Assembly (NCBI GenBank): GCA_963737905.1
Contig: CAVTUQ010000025.1
Location: 128,001 to 192,000 of the forward strand
DNA length: 64,000 nt
Direction of reading: 5' to 3'
Source of the DNA: an uncultured delta proteobacterium
Lineage (GTDB): Bacteria; Desulfobacterota; Binatia; UBA9968
The position numbers and the translations under genes were made by a program. The notes beneath the pieces were generated by a model. That model was given only the letters and a program-made list of their open reading frames with translations. It was not told where the DNA came from and searched no databases. Of the stretch, positions 50,302-59,157 are shown piece by piece. Every line of letters starts with the position of its first letter. Position 1 is the stretch's first letter.

Positions 50302-51993
50302 CTATTCCGCGATCCCTATTTTGGCGCCTAGCCTACGCGCGGTAAATGCCATCACGAGGAGCAATAAGACCATCAACACTCCTAACGCACACACATAGGT
50401 GTATTGACCGCCCTCCCATAAGTCAAATGCCATGATAGAAAGCACCGTGCTGTTGTACGAGTAAAGTAAGATCGAGGTTGAAAGTTCCCGCAGTGCAATG
50501 ATGCTGATATAGATCCAGCCCGCGGTGAAACCTGGCATCAAAAGCGGCAGAATGACTTTTCTGAAAGTTTGAAACCAGGTGCCGCCCGCAGTCAGTGAAG
50601 CCTCCTCGAGTTCCTTGTTAATTTGGATCATCGAAGCCGATGCGGCCCGAATACCGTAGGGCATGAACTTGGTGATGTAGGCCAAAAGCAAAACCCAAAT
50701 AGTTCCGTAGATCGGAATCGGCAAGGTCAAATAGACCCAGATGAGACTCACCCCCAGGACGATTCCCGGCATGGCGATTGGGATAAATGTCATGTTATCC
50801 AGCAGTGCCCGCCCCGGTAATTTTGTTTTGACCGTGATCCAGGCGATGACCGAGGTCAGCAGCATCACCACGGTGGCCGAGCCCACGGATAGATAAAAGC
50901 TATTCTTAAACGCGGTTAACGCCAGCGGATAGTTCAAAATATAGTGAAAGTTTGCCCAGGTCATTTTTCCCATGAGCTCGCGAGACGGTACGCCGTAATA
51001 GGGAATGAACGAAGACCACAAAAGAACAAAGACCGGAAAAATCACTGCGAGGAAAAATATCAGGAAAGAAATCCCGCAAGTCAGGTATTTCCATCCACCC
51101 AGGTCTATGACTCGCGGCCGATAGCCTTTGCCGGTCACTGTGGCGTAGCGATCCTCCCTACGCGTGATTCTTCCGTAAATCAGCACGCCGGTGGTGCTAA
51201 TCAGCAGCAGCGTCACCGCATAAGCACCTGCCAAACCGAAATCCGACGGGAATTGGTGAATGGCGAGAAAAATCTTGGTGGTAAACACCGAGATCTTGGC
51301 CGGCACGCCGACCAAGGCCGGGACTTCGAAAGCTTCGATGCCACGGATGAAGATGACCAAAAGCACACTGAACATAGCGGGTCGCATGAGCGGCAGGGTA
51401 ACCTTTCTGAAGGTCGTAAACGTGCTCGAACCTGCGGTCAGAGCCGCCTCTTCCAAGGAGGTATCCATGTTACGGAAAGCGGCAGACATGAGAAGAAAAA
51501 CCAGCGGATAGAGATGAATAGACTCAGCCCAGATCATCCCCCACATGGAATAGATGTTGAAGGGTGCAGACTCCAGGCCTAACAATCCTTTAATGACGAG
51601 GTTAATCAACCCGATTTTCGGGCTGAGCAAAAGGATCCAGGAGATCGTGCTGAGAATTCCAGGAATGATGAACGGGATCAGCGCCATCACCACGAAGAGT
51701 TTTTTGAATGGTGTGTTAGTTCGTTCGCTAACCCAAGCTAGAAACGTTCCGATCAAAGAAGTGACGATGCAGGTGCCCAAGCCATAGTAGATGGAGTTCA
51801 GAAAAAGTAAGTAAAACTCCTTATCGAAGTAGGCCTTGACGTAGTTCTGTATAGTAAAGGTTGCTCCGGGCTCCCCGATCGGCGCGCTCCGGATGCTACC
51901 GTAGAGGAGCATGAGGAGCGGCACGCCTGCCAGATAAAGAACAAAAAGCGTCGCCCCTATGAGAATGAGGGTCTGGGAGTTAAACCTCCGCAC
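50302..51993 (-). CDS. ABC transporter permease (FbpB-like, duplicated)
   Basis: 563 aa, about 12 TM segments, two LEEA motifs. Confidence 0.92.
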   Translation of the reverse strand: MRRFNSQTLILIGATLFVLYLAGVPLLMLLYGSIRSAPIGEPGATFTIQNYVKAYFDKEFYLLFLNSIYYGLGTCIVTSLIGTFLAWVSERTNTPFKKLFVVMALIPFIIPGILSTISWILLLSPKIGLINLVIKGLLGLESAPFNIYSMWGMIWAESIHLYPLVFLLMSAAFRNMDTSLEEAALTAGSSTFTTFRKVTLPLMRPAMFSVLLVIFIRGIEAFEVPALVGVPAKISVFTTKIFLAIHQFPSDFGLAGAYAVTLLLISTTGVLIYGRITRREDRYATVTGKGYRPRVIDLGGWKYLTCGISFLIFFLAVIFPVFVLLWSSFIPYYGVPSRELMGKMTWANFHYILNYPLALTAFKNSFYLSVGSATVVMLLTSVIAWITVKTKLPGRALLDNMTFIPIAMPGIVLGVSLIWVYLTLPIPIYGTIWVLLLAYITKFMPYGIRAASASMIQINKELEEASLTAGGTWFQTFRKVILPLLMPGFTAGWIYISIIALRELSTSILLYSYNSTVLSIMAFDLWEGGQYTYVCALGVLMVLLLLVMAFTARRLGAKIGIAE

Positions 51994-52016
51994 CCACTTG
52001 TTCCTCCCGGAGATCG

Positions 52017-52832
52017 TTAGTTGTTAATATTATGCACAACCTGATCCGCGACCATGGTCTTCTTCACTTCTTCCTCAATGAGGGTCCAGAGGTGATCCTC
52101 ATACTCGAGAAACTTTTTCTCTCGCTTGACCGCAAGGACTCGCGGGCGCTGGATATCGATCTTTATCGTTTCCTTCACCTTCCCAGGCCGCGCGCCGAAG
52201 ACGATGACGCGGTCTGCCAGGTAGATTGCTTCGTTAATTTGGTGGGTAATAAACAACACTGTTTTGCCTGCTTCGCGCCAGATACGCAGCAACTCTAACT
52301 GCATGATTTCGCGGGTTTGAGCGTCCAGAGCGGCGAATGGCTCATCCATGATCAGAATCTGCGGATCCACGGTCAGTGCCCGCGCTAGGTTACAGCGCTG
52401 CTGCATACCGCCAGATAGCTCGTGGGGGTAATGATCTTCGAACCCTTCGAGGCCCACCAGCTTAATAAACTTGCGCGCGCGCGAGTGCCCATCCCCGTTG
52501 TCTAATCCTTGGCACTCCAGCCCGAAGATCACGTTCTTGAAAACGGTCCGCCAAGGCATCAGACAGGAATCCTGAAAGACCATCCCCCGGTCTGTGCCGG
52601 GTCCGGTCACCGCTTTACCATCGATCGCTATTTGCCCCGCGGTAGGTTTGAGTAACCCGTCGCAGAGGTTGATAAAAGTGGTTTTGCCGCAACCGCTGGG
52701 ACCAACGATGGTGACGAATTCCCCGTCTTCAACTTGCAGGTTGATATTATCCAGGGCTAAGAGCCTGCCGCCAGTTCGTGGTTGATAGTACTCATGCCGT
52801 AATCCTGTCGCCTGTAACTTGGTCTGTGCCAC
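52017..52832 (-). CDS. ABC transporter ATPase (NitT/TauT family)
   Basis: GPSGCGKT, L.PWRTV, LSGGMQQR, DEPFAALDAQTR, RPGKV. Confidence 0.92.
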   Translation of the reverse strand: MAQTKLQATGLRHEYYQPRTGGRLLALDNINLQVEDGEFVTIVGPSGCGKTTFINLCDGLLKPTAGQIAIDGKAVTGPGTDRGMVFQDSCLMPWRTVFKNVIFGLECQGLDNGDGHSRARKFIKLVGLEGFEDHYPHELSGGMQQRCNLARALTVDPQILIMDEPFAALDAQTREIMQLELLRIWREAGKTVLFITHQINEAIYLADRVIVFGARPGKVKETIKIDIQRPRVLAVKREKKFLEYEDHLWTLIEEEVKKTMVADQVVHNINN

Positions 52833-52859
52833 ATTGCCTCCTTAAGAATTGGTTTTGGG

Positions 52860-53028
52860 TTGCGTCATTTCACGCAAGACGGGCTGCTTCATCGATCGTC
52901 CGCTACTAGAGAACGCACTACGGATTATCATTTTCCTGTCTTTTTTCAAGCTCGCTTGAGGATTTATTGACAACCAAGAATGGATCGGATAGGTTCGCGA
53001 CAAACTTTGCATAAACTTTTTCATGCAA
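52860..53028. promoter_or_regulatory. Divergent promoter region with two TTGC...GCAA inverted repeats
   Basis: TTGCGTCATTTCACGCAA (52860-52877) and TTGCATAAACTTTTTCATGCAA (53007-53028). Candidate GntR operators. Confidence 0.5.
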
Positions 53029-53038
53029 TTCGATGTTC

Positions 53039-53761
53039 ATGGCCTCCCTGTTAGAAAAATCTAAGCCTAGAGCGAAGCGAACCGAGAATCTCTCTGGACA
53101 AGTTTACAGTCAAATCAAAACCCTAATTCTTTGCAATGAAATTTTGCCGGGTCAAAAACTTCACCACCAAGAACTAAGTGAGCGCCTCGGTGTGAGTAGA
53201 ACTCCCGTGCGTGAAGCGTTGACCCGTTTGGTTCAGGAAGGCTACGTCTCCCTCCTGCCGAATCGGGGTTTTACCTGTAAAGAAATTAGATTGCAAGAGG
53301 CGGATGAGCTCTATCAACTGCGCGAAGCCTTGGAAGCCTTCGCCGTAGAAAAGGCGATAGAGAATCTGACCGAGGCGGCCTTCACCGAGCTGTCGGCGAA
53401 GATCAATCTTTACGGTAAAGATGTCCAAAAGCGATTTACTCGCGACCGGTTGGTCTACGATCAAGAAGTTCATCTCGAGATTGCCCGCCTTTCCGGCAAC
53501 GAGATGCTCACCAAGACGCTCGCGCAGGTTATCGAGCGGATCATTTTGAAGCGAAGAACAGACGGCCTCTATGATCCCGCCCGCGGCATCACGGCCCATC
53601 AGGAACACCTCAGGCTCTTGCAAGCCATGAAGAAGCGCAATACTCAAGACGCCGTGAAAATCGTTCGCGCGCATATTCGAGCGGGCAAAGAGAACGTTCT
53701 CTCCGATCTTAAGCAAAGACAGGAGATTCGTGAATTTCGTTACACCGGAACCGTGAGCTAG
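53039..53761 (+). CDS. GntR family regulator with FCD domain
   Basis: PGQKL...LSERLGVSRTPVREAL, LREALE, EH..L. Confidence 0.92.
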   Translation: MASLLEKSKPRAKRTENLSGQVYSQIKTLILCNEILPGQKLHHQELSERLGVSRTPVREALTRLVQEGYVSLLPNRGFTCKEIRLQEADELYQLREALEAFAVEKAIENLTEAAFTELSAKINLYGKDVQKRFTRDRLVYDQEVHLEIARLSGNEMLTKTLAQVIERIILKRRTDGLYDPARGITAHQEHLRLLQAMKKRNTQDAVKIVRAHIRAGKENVLSDLKQRQEIREFRYTGTVS

Positions 53762-53795
53762 TTGGAAAACACAAACAAGAGAGAAAGGAAAAAAA

Positions 53796-55166
53796 ATGGC
53801 AGCAGACCTGATTATTAAAAACGGCTGGGTGGTGACACCCACAGAAATCTTTCAGGGCGGCGTCGCGATCAGCAATGAAAAGATCGTGGCCATCGGTTCA
53901 AACGATCAATTGCCTCAGGGCAAAGAGGAAATCGACGCTAAAGGCAAGCACATTCTTCCGGGCATCATCGATGGGCACGTTCACTTCAGAGAGCCCGGTA
54001 TGACCCACAAAGAAGATTTCACAACGGGTTCCACCGCTGCGGTCTGCGGCGGCATTACCAGCGTCGTTGACATGCCCAATACCGTACCCCCGACCGCAGA
54101 TGCCGAGCAAGTAAAGGTCAAACAGCAACTGGGAGAGGCAAAATCGCTCGTCGATTTCGGCGTTACCGGCGTTGTTGTGCAGACCAACACGAAAGATATT
54201 TTGCCCATGGCCGCGGCCGGCGCCATCGGCTTCAAAATCTTCTTCGGAGAAACGATCGGCAATCTGCCCTTCCCCGACGACGGGATGTGCATGGAGGCGT
54301 TCGACTATATCGCTCAATCCAAATTGCCTTTAGGCATCCACGCCGAGAACCGCCAGATCATGGCCTATTGCACCAACAAGCTAAAGACTGAGGGTAAGAA
54401 TGAATCGCGCTATTGGGAAGCTTCCCGTCCCGATATTTGCGAAGCCGAGTCCGTCCACCACGCTCTATTCTTTGCCGAAACTTTCGGAACCAAGCTTCAC
54501 GTCTTCCATATGAGCTCCAAGCAGGCGGCTTACATGGTCCGCGATGCGAAGGCACGCGGACTAAGAGTCACCGCGGAAACCGGACCGCACTATCTCCTGC
54601 GCGAGCCCAACGATATGGATCAAGTCGGCTCTTTGTTAAAAATGAACCCACCGGTTCGCACCAAGGATCACGCGGAGGTGCTGTGGCAAGGTCTCCGCGA
54701 GGGTTTCGTCGATACGCTGGCCACCGATCACTCTCCGCACACGCTGGATGAAAAAGGTTCGGATATCTACGGCAAACTGACGAAGCCGGCAATCTGGGAC
54801 TGCATCTCCGGTTTTTGCGGGGTGGAGACCGGGGTTCCGCTGATTCTGACCGAAGTTAATAAAGGTAGATTAACGCTGAATCAATACGTCAAAGTCGCCT
54901 GTGAAAATCCGGCGAAGGTTTGGCAGTTCTATCCGAAAAAGGGCGCGATTCGCCTGGGATCCGACGGCGATATCACGATCATCGACATGGACAAAGAAGG
55001 AACCATCGACGTCAACAAACTCCATAGCAAGAACAAACCTTCCCCGTGGCATGGTTGGAAGGTCAAAGGGATGCCGGTTTGCACCGTCGTGCGCGGCCAT
55101 GTGCAGATGCGCGACGGTGAGCCTTGCGGCAAACCTATAGGTCGAATGGTGAAACCGCTCCTGTAG
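53796..55166 (+). CDS. Dihydroorotase/allantoinase family cyclic amidohydrolase
   Basis: DGHVHFREPG, DMPNT.P, GFKIF, HAE, H..HMS, KMNPP.R, ATDHSPH, NPAK. Confidence 0.88.
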   Translation: MAADLIIKNGWVVTPTEIFQGGVAISNEKIVAIGSNDQLPQGKEEIDAKGKHILPGIIDGHVHFREPGMTHKEDFTTGSTAAVCGGITSVVDMPNTVPPTADAEQVKVKQQLGEAKSLVDFGVTGVVVQTNTKDILPMAAAGAIGFKIFFGETIGNLPFPDDGMCMEAFDYIAQSKLPLGIHAENRQIMAYCTNKLKTEGKNESRYWEASRPDICEAESVHHALFFAETFGTKLHVFHMSSKQAAYMVRDAKARGLRVTAETGPHYLLREPNDMDQVGSLLKMNPPVRTKDHAEVLWQGLREGFVDTLATDHSPHTLDEKGSDIYGKLTKPAIWDCISGFCGVETGVPLILTEVNKGRLTLNQYVKVACENPAKVWQFYPKKGAIRLGSDGDITIIDMDKEGTIDVNKLHSKNKPSPWHGWKVKGMPVCTVVRGHVQMRDGEPCGKPIGRMVKPLL

Positions 55167-55196
55167 TGGTAAGTTGAGTCGCATGTACTTAGATTC

Positions 55197-56111
55197 ATGA
55201 AGCGTCCCGAACCATTAGAGATGTATCAACCGAGCTCGCTGCTGGAAGCGAGTCGCCTGTTGAGGGACAAAGGTGCGGGCGGCCGGTTTCTTGCCGGCGG
55301 CACCGATCTGGTGATCGCCATCAAGGAAAAAGGGTTGGTCCCGAAGTACCTGGTGGACCTCAAAAAGGTCCCGGGTCTTTCAGGAATTCAGGAAAATGGC
55401 GACGGGAGTATCACCATCGGCGCGCTGACAACGATGCGCGAGATCGAGACGGATCCCCTTCTCAACAATAAATATCCGTTTCTCTGCCAGAGCGCAGCCG
55501 AGGTGGGTTCTATTCAAATCAGAAACCGGGCAACCGTCGGTGGAAACATGGCCAACGCCACACCGTCGGCCGATGTAGCGCCGAGTCTGATTGCGCTCAA
55601 CGCAACGGCAAAAATTGTGAGCGGCGCGGACGCGAGAATCGTGCCGCTCGAAGAGTTTTTTCGCGGTCCCGGTCAATCCGTCATGAACACCGATGAGATA
55701 TTAGCGGAGATCACCATCCCGAAAACGAGCCCGCAACTCGTCGGTGAGTATATCAAATTCTCCCCCCGCGACATGATGGATCTGGCTTACGTCGGGGTTG
55801 CCGTTGCTTATACTATCGACTCTCACAAGCGCTGCAGGGGTGTCGGGATCGTTCTCGGAGCCGTCGCACCGACGCCGTTTCGCGCGCGCAATGCCGAAGC
55901 ATTGCTCGAAAGCCAGCCTCTCACTGAAGAATTGGCCGCGAAAGTAGGCGCTGAGGCGGCCCAGGAAAGTAGACCGATCAGTGATGTCCGGTCGTCTGCC
56001 GACTATCGTCGCGCGATGGTTGGAGCGATGACCAAGCGCGCTCTGCTGAACGCCGCGGTGCCGCGTACGGGAAAAGTCTCCTGGTGTGACAGACGAGACA
56101 GGAGATATTGA
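55197..56111 (+). CDS. Xanthine dehydrogenase family FAD-binding subunit
   Basis: LAGGTDL, IGALTT, QIRNRATVGGN, PISDVRSSADYR. Confidence 0.93.
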   Translation: MKRPEPLEMYQPSSLLEASRLLRDKGAGGRFLAGGTDLVIAIKEKGLVPKYLVDLKKVPGLSGIQENGDGSITIGALTTMREIETDPLLNNKYPFLCQSAAEVGSIQIRNRATVGGNMANATPSADVAPSLIALNATAKIVSGADARIVPLEEFFRGPGQSVMNTDEILAEITIPKTSPQLVGEYIKFSPRDMMDLAYVGVAVAYTIDSHKRCRGVGIVLGAVAPTPFRARNAEALLESQPLTEELAAKVGAEAAQESRPISDVRSSADYRRAMVGAMTKRALLNAAVPRTGKVSWCDRRDRRY

Positions 56112-56179
56112 GTGGAGGAGTGGAGTGATGGAGTATGGGTATGGCACTCCGACCATTACTCCGACACCAACACTCCAAC
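56110..56179. repeat. Inverted pair of degenerate ~8-bp GGAGT/ACTCC tandem arrays
   Basis: gagtggag gagtggag tgatggag ... cactcc gaccattactcc gacaccaacactcc, between the FAD and Fe-S subunit genes. Confidence 0.65.
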
Positions 56180-56197
56180 TTTTTATCTGAGGTAGTC

Positions 56198-56677
56198 ATG
56201 AAGACCAAGATCCAAATTACTCTGAATGGACAGAGCATGACCCTTGAAACGCCCAATCATCGTCTCTTGCTGGATTTGCTGCGCGACGAGATCGGCCTCA
56301 CCGGAACTAAAGAGGGTTGCGGTACCGGCGATTGCGGCGCCTGTACCGTTTACTTGAACGGCAAACCGGTGAACTCCTGCCTGGTGCTATCCGGCGAACT
56401 GAACGGCGCCGATATCGTTACCATCGAGGGACTCAAGATCGGCCCGGAGCTGCATCCGATCCAAAAGGCTTTCATCCAAGACGGCGGCGCCCAGTGCGGC
56501 TACTGCACGCCGGGTATGCTGATGATGTCAAAAGCGTTGCTGGATGAGAATCCGAATCCGACGGAAGAAGAAATCCGTTACGCGCTTTCAGGTAACCTCT
56601 GTCGTTGCACCGGCTATGCGAAAATCGTCCAGGCGGTGCAAGACGCCGCCGCCGAGATTCGCGCCAAACGCGCGTAA
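56198..56677 (+). CDS. Xanthine dehydrogenase family (2Fe-2S)-binding subunit
   Basis: GC..GDCGACT, QCGYCTPG, GNLCRCTGY. GAGG RBS before ATG 56198. Confidence 0.95.
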   Translation: MKTKIQITLNGQSMTLETPNHRLLLDLLRDEIGLTGTKEGCGTGDCGACTVYLNGKPVNSCLVLSGELNGADIVTIEGLKIGPELHPIQKAFIQDGGAQCGYCTPGMLMMSKALLDENPNPTEEEIRYALSGNLCRCTGYAKIVQAVQDAAAEIRAKRA

Positions 56678-56690
56678 TCCGGACAACGGC

Positions 56691-56726
56691 TTGAACGTTT
56701 TGAACTACTTGAACGACTTGAACACG
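56691..56726 (+). repeat. Four 9-bp tandem units TTGAACnnn
   Basis: ttgaacgtt ttgaactac ttgaacgac ttgaacacg, just before the AGGAG RBS. Confidence 0.8.
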
Positions 56727-56741
56727 TTTTAGGAGAAAAGG

Positions 56742-59057
56742 ATGGCGGAACTTACGGTCATCGGCAAACCTGTGACTCGTGTCGATGTTAACGAGAAGGT
56801 GACGGGCGAAGCGATCTACGGCTACGATCTCGTCCTGCCCAACATGCTCTATGGCAAGACGCTGTTCAGCCCCAAAGCCCACGCCAAAATCAAGAGAATC
56901 AACACGGAGAAAGCCAAGAAATTGCCCGGCGTCGTGACGGTGGTGACCGGCGAGGATGCGCCGTGGAGTCACGGCGAGTCCATCAAGGACAAGCCATTCT
57001 TGGCCCAAGGCAAGGTTCGCTACATCGGCGAGCCGGTCGCCGCTGTCGCCGCGGAAGATGAAGACATCGCCCAGGCCGCGGTGAAGTTAATTGAAGTCGA
57101 GTATGAAGAGCTGCCGGTTTATACCGAGCCTGAAGAAGCTTGCAAACCTGGCTGCGTAGCGATTCACGAGGATTTCGCCAAATATCGCAAAGTCGATTTC
57201 ATCGTCGGCTCTCATCTGCCGAACGTCGCCGAACATTTCAAATTGCGAACCGGCGATGTTGAGATTGGATTCAAGCAATCTGACCTAGTCGTCGAAGAGA
57301 GGTATTTCGTTCCCATTATTCAACACGCCGCGATGGAGCCCCATTCTGCCCACGCGCAATTCGATAAGGAAAGCGGCCGGCTGACCATCTGGGTCGCCAA
57401 TGACGCTCCGTTCCGCGCGCTTCATGAGATCACGGAAGCGCTCAACATGCCCAAAGAGAAGATCCGCTTCATCAACCCGCTCCAGGGAGGCGGATTCGGG
57501 TCCAAAGGCGGCCTCAAAGTCGAACCCATCGCAGTGGCACTTGCTTTCCACACCAACGGCCGTCCCGTGCGCGTGAAGTTCAACCGCGAAGAGACCTTCA
57601 TCTCGACCTTGACGCGTCACGAGGCGGTGGTTTATTGCAAGAGCGGCGTGAAGCAAGACGGCACCCTTATGGCGCGCGAGATGACGATCTACTGGGGCGC
57701 CGGCGCCTACGCAGAGAAGAGCCCGACGGTGTGCATACGCGGCAGTCTGCCTGCCCCCGGCCCCTATCGCATCCCTCACGTTAAAGTTGACGGCTACGCC
57801 GTGTACACCAACAAACCGGTCGCTGGCTCGTATCGCGGTTATGGCATTCCTCAAGGCGCCTGGGCTTGCGAGCAGCAGATGGACGAAATCGCCAAGCGCT
57901 TAGGCATGGATCCCGTCAAGATTCGCCTGAAGAACATCTTCGTCGAAGGCGACGTCTCGTACTGGGGCGAGCGACTTCATGCGGTGGGCCTCAAAGAAAC
58001 CCTCATCAAAGCCACCGGGGCCATTGACTGGGGGGAGGCAACGGAGCCGCCGAAGCCCGGTATAAAGATCGGCAAGGGCTTCGCCTGCATACAAAAGCCG
58101 ACCCGCTCGCCGACGACTTCCAACGCGGGAGTGCTGGTGAACGCAAAAGGCGAGGTAACGGTGCTTGCGGGCACCGTAGAGATCGGCCAGGGTTGCAGCA
58201 CGATCCTATCGCAAGTCGCCGCCGAAGAACTCAAAGTTCCCATGGAGAAAGTGTTCATGCACTCACTGGATACCGACATCATTCCGTACGACGCCTCCAC
58301 AACGTCGAGCCGGAGTACTTATCACATGGGCAACGCGGTCCGGCGAGCCGCGATTCATGCGCGCGAGCAGATCATCGAGGCGGCCGGCCCTATGCTCGAA
58401 GCCAACGTCCGGGATCTCGACTGTGTCGACGGCAAAGTTTTTCTCAAAGACCAGCCACAGATGGCGTTGCCCATTGGCGAGGTCGTCAAGCGCAAGCTCG
58501 GCATCAATGGAATTGTGCGCGGCGACGGTTCCTATACCTACGAAATCGGCAAAGACCTCGACCTGGAAACCGGCCACAGCGATCACGCCTCCGCCTTCTA
58601 CATGTATGCGACCCAGGCTGCGGAAGTAGCCGTCGATGAGGAAAGCGGCAGGGTCCGTTTGTTGCGCATGTCGGCCGCCCACGACGTGGGCAAGGCGATC
58701 AACCCGCTCAATTGCGTCGCGCAGATCGAAGGCGGGGTGGCCATGGGTATCGGCTCCGCGCTGCACGAAGAAATGGTCGTCGACAAAACCGGCAAGGTGC
58801 GAAATCCGTCTTTTCTTGACTATCACCTCGTTACATCCTTGGATGTGCCGAAGATGATTCCCATCATCGTCGAGTGTCCAGAGCCCGAAGGTCCGTACGG
58901 CGCTAAAGGATTAGGCGAGCCTGGCTTGGCGCCCACCCCGGCGGCGATAGGCAATGCAGTCGCCGACGCGCTAGGGGTCAGGGTCTACGATTTGCCGCTC
59001 AAGCCGGAAAATGTCTACTGGGCCATCCAGAACAAGAAGAAAAAAGACGCCGCCTAA
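56742..59057 (+). CDS. Xanthine dehydrogenase family molybdopterin-binding subunit
   Basis: KVTG, MEPH, GGGFGSK, AGSYRGYG, EIGQG, HDVGKAINP, GPYGAKGLGE. Confidence 0.93.
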   Translation: MAELTVIGKPVTRVDVNEKVTGEAIYGYDLVLPNMLYGKTLFSPKAHAKIKRINTEKAKKLPGVVTVVTGEDAPWSHGESIKDKPFLAQGKVRYIGEPVAAVAAEDEDIAQAAVKLIEVEYEELPVYTEPEEACKPGCVAIHEDFAKYRKVDFIVGSHLPNVAEHFKLRTGDVEIGFKQSDLVVEERYFVPIIQHAAMEPHSAHAQFDKESGRLTIWVANDAPFRALHEITEALNMPKEKIRFINPLQGGGFGSKGGLKVEPIAVALAFHTNGRPVRVKFNREETFISTLTRHEAVVYCKSGVKQDGTLMAREMTIYWGAGAYAEKSPTVCIRGSLPAPGPYRIPHVKVDGYAVYTNKPVAGSYRGYGIPQGAWACEQQMDEIAKRLGMDPVKIRLKNIFVEGDVSYWGERLHAVGLKETLIKATGAIDWGEATEPPKPGIKIGKGFACIQKPTRSPTTSNAGVLVNAKGEVTVLAGTVEIGQGCSTILSQVAAEELKVPMEKVFMHSLDTDIIPYDASTTSSRSTYHMGNAVRRAAIHAREQIIEAAGPMLEANVRDLDCVDGKVFLKDQPQMALPIGEVVKRKLGINGIVRGDGSYTYEIGKDLDLETGHSDHASAFYMYATQAAEVAVDEESGRVRLLRMSAAHDVGKAINPLNCVAQIEGGVAMGIGSALHEEMVVDKTGKVRNPSFLDYHLVTSLDVPKMIPIIVECPEPEGPYGAKGLGEPGLAPTPAAIGNAVADALGVRVYDLPLKPENVYWAIQNKKKKDAA

Positions 59058-59157
59058 TAGCTACATTCGAATATCTCGCCGTTTTCGTTTAAAATTCAAG
59101 ATACTGAAAAGAGACGTGGGCGTCGGTCAGTAAAACTACGTCTGGCGGAGGTCACCG

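Noticed and set aside
41151-59057. CoxMSL-like genes as aerobic CO dehydrogenase
   Set aside because: The active-site loops (GSFRAIG, GSYRGYG) lack the AYRCSFR signature, and no coxDEFG accessory genes are present.
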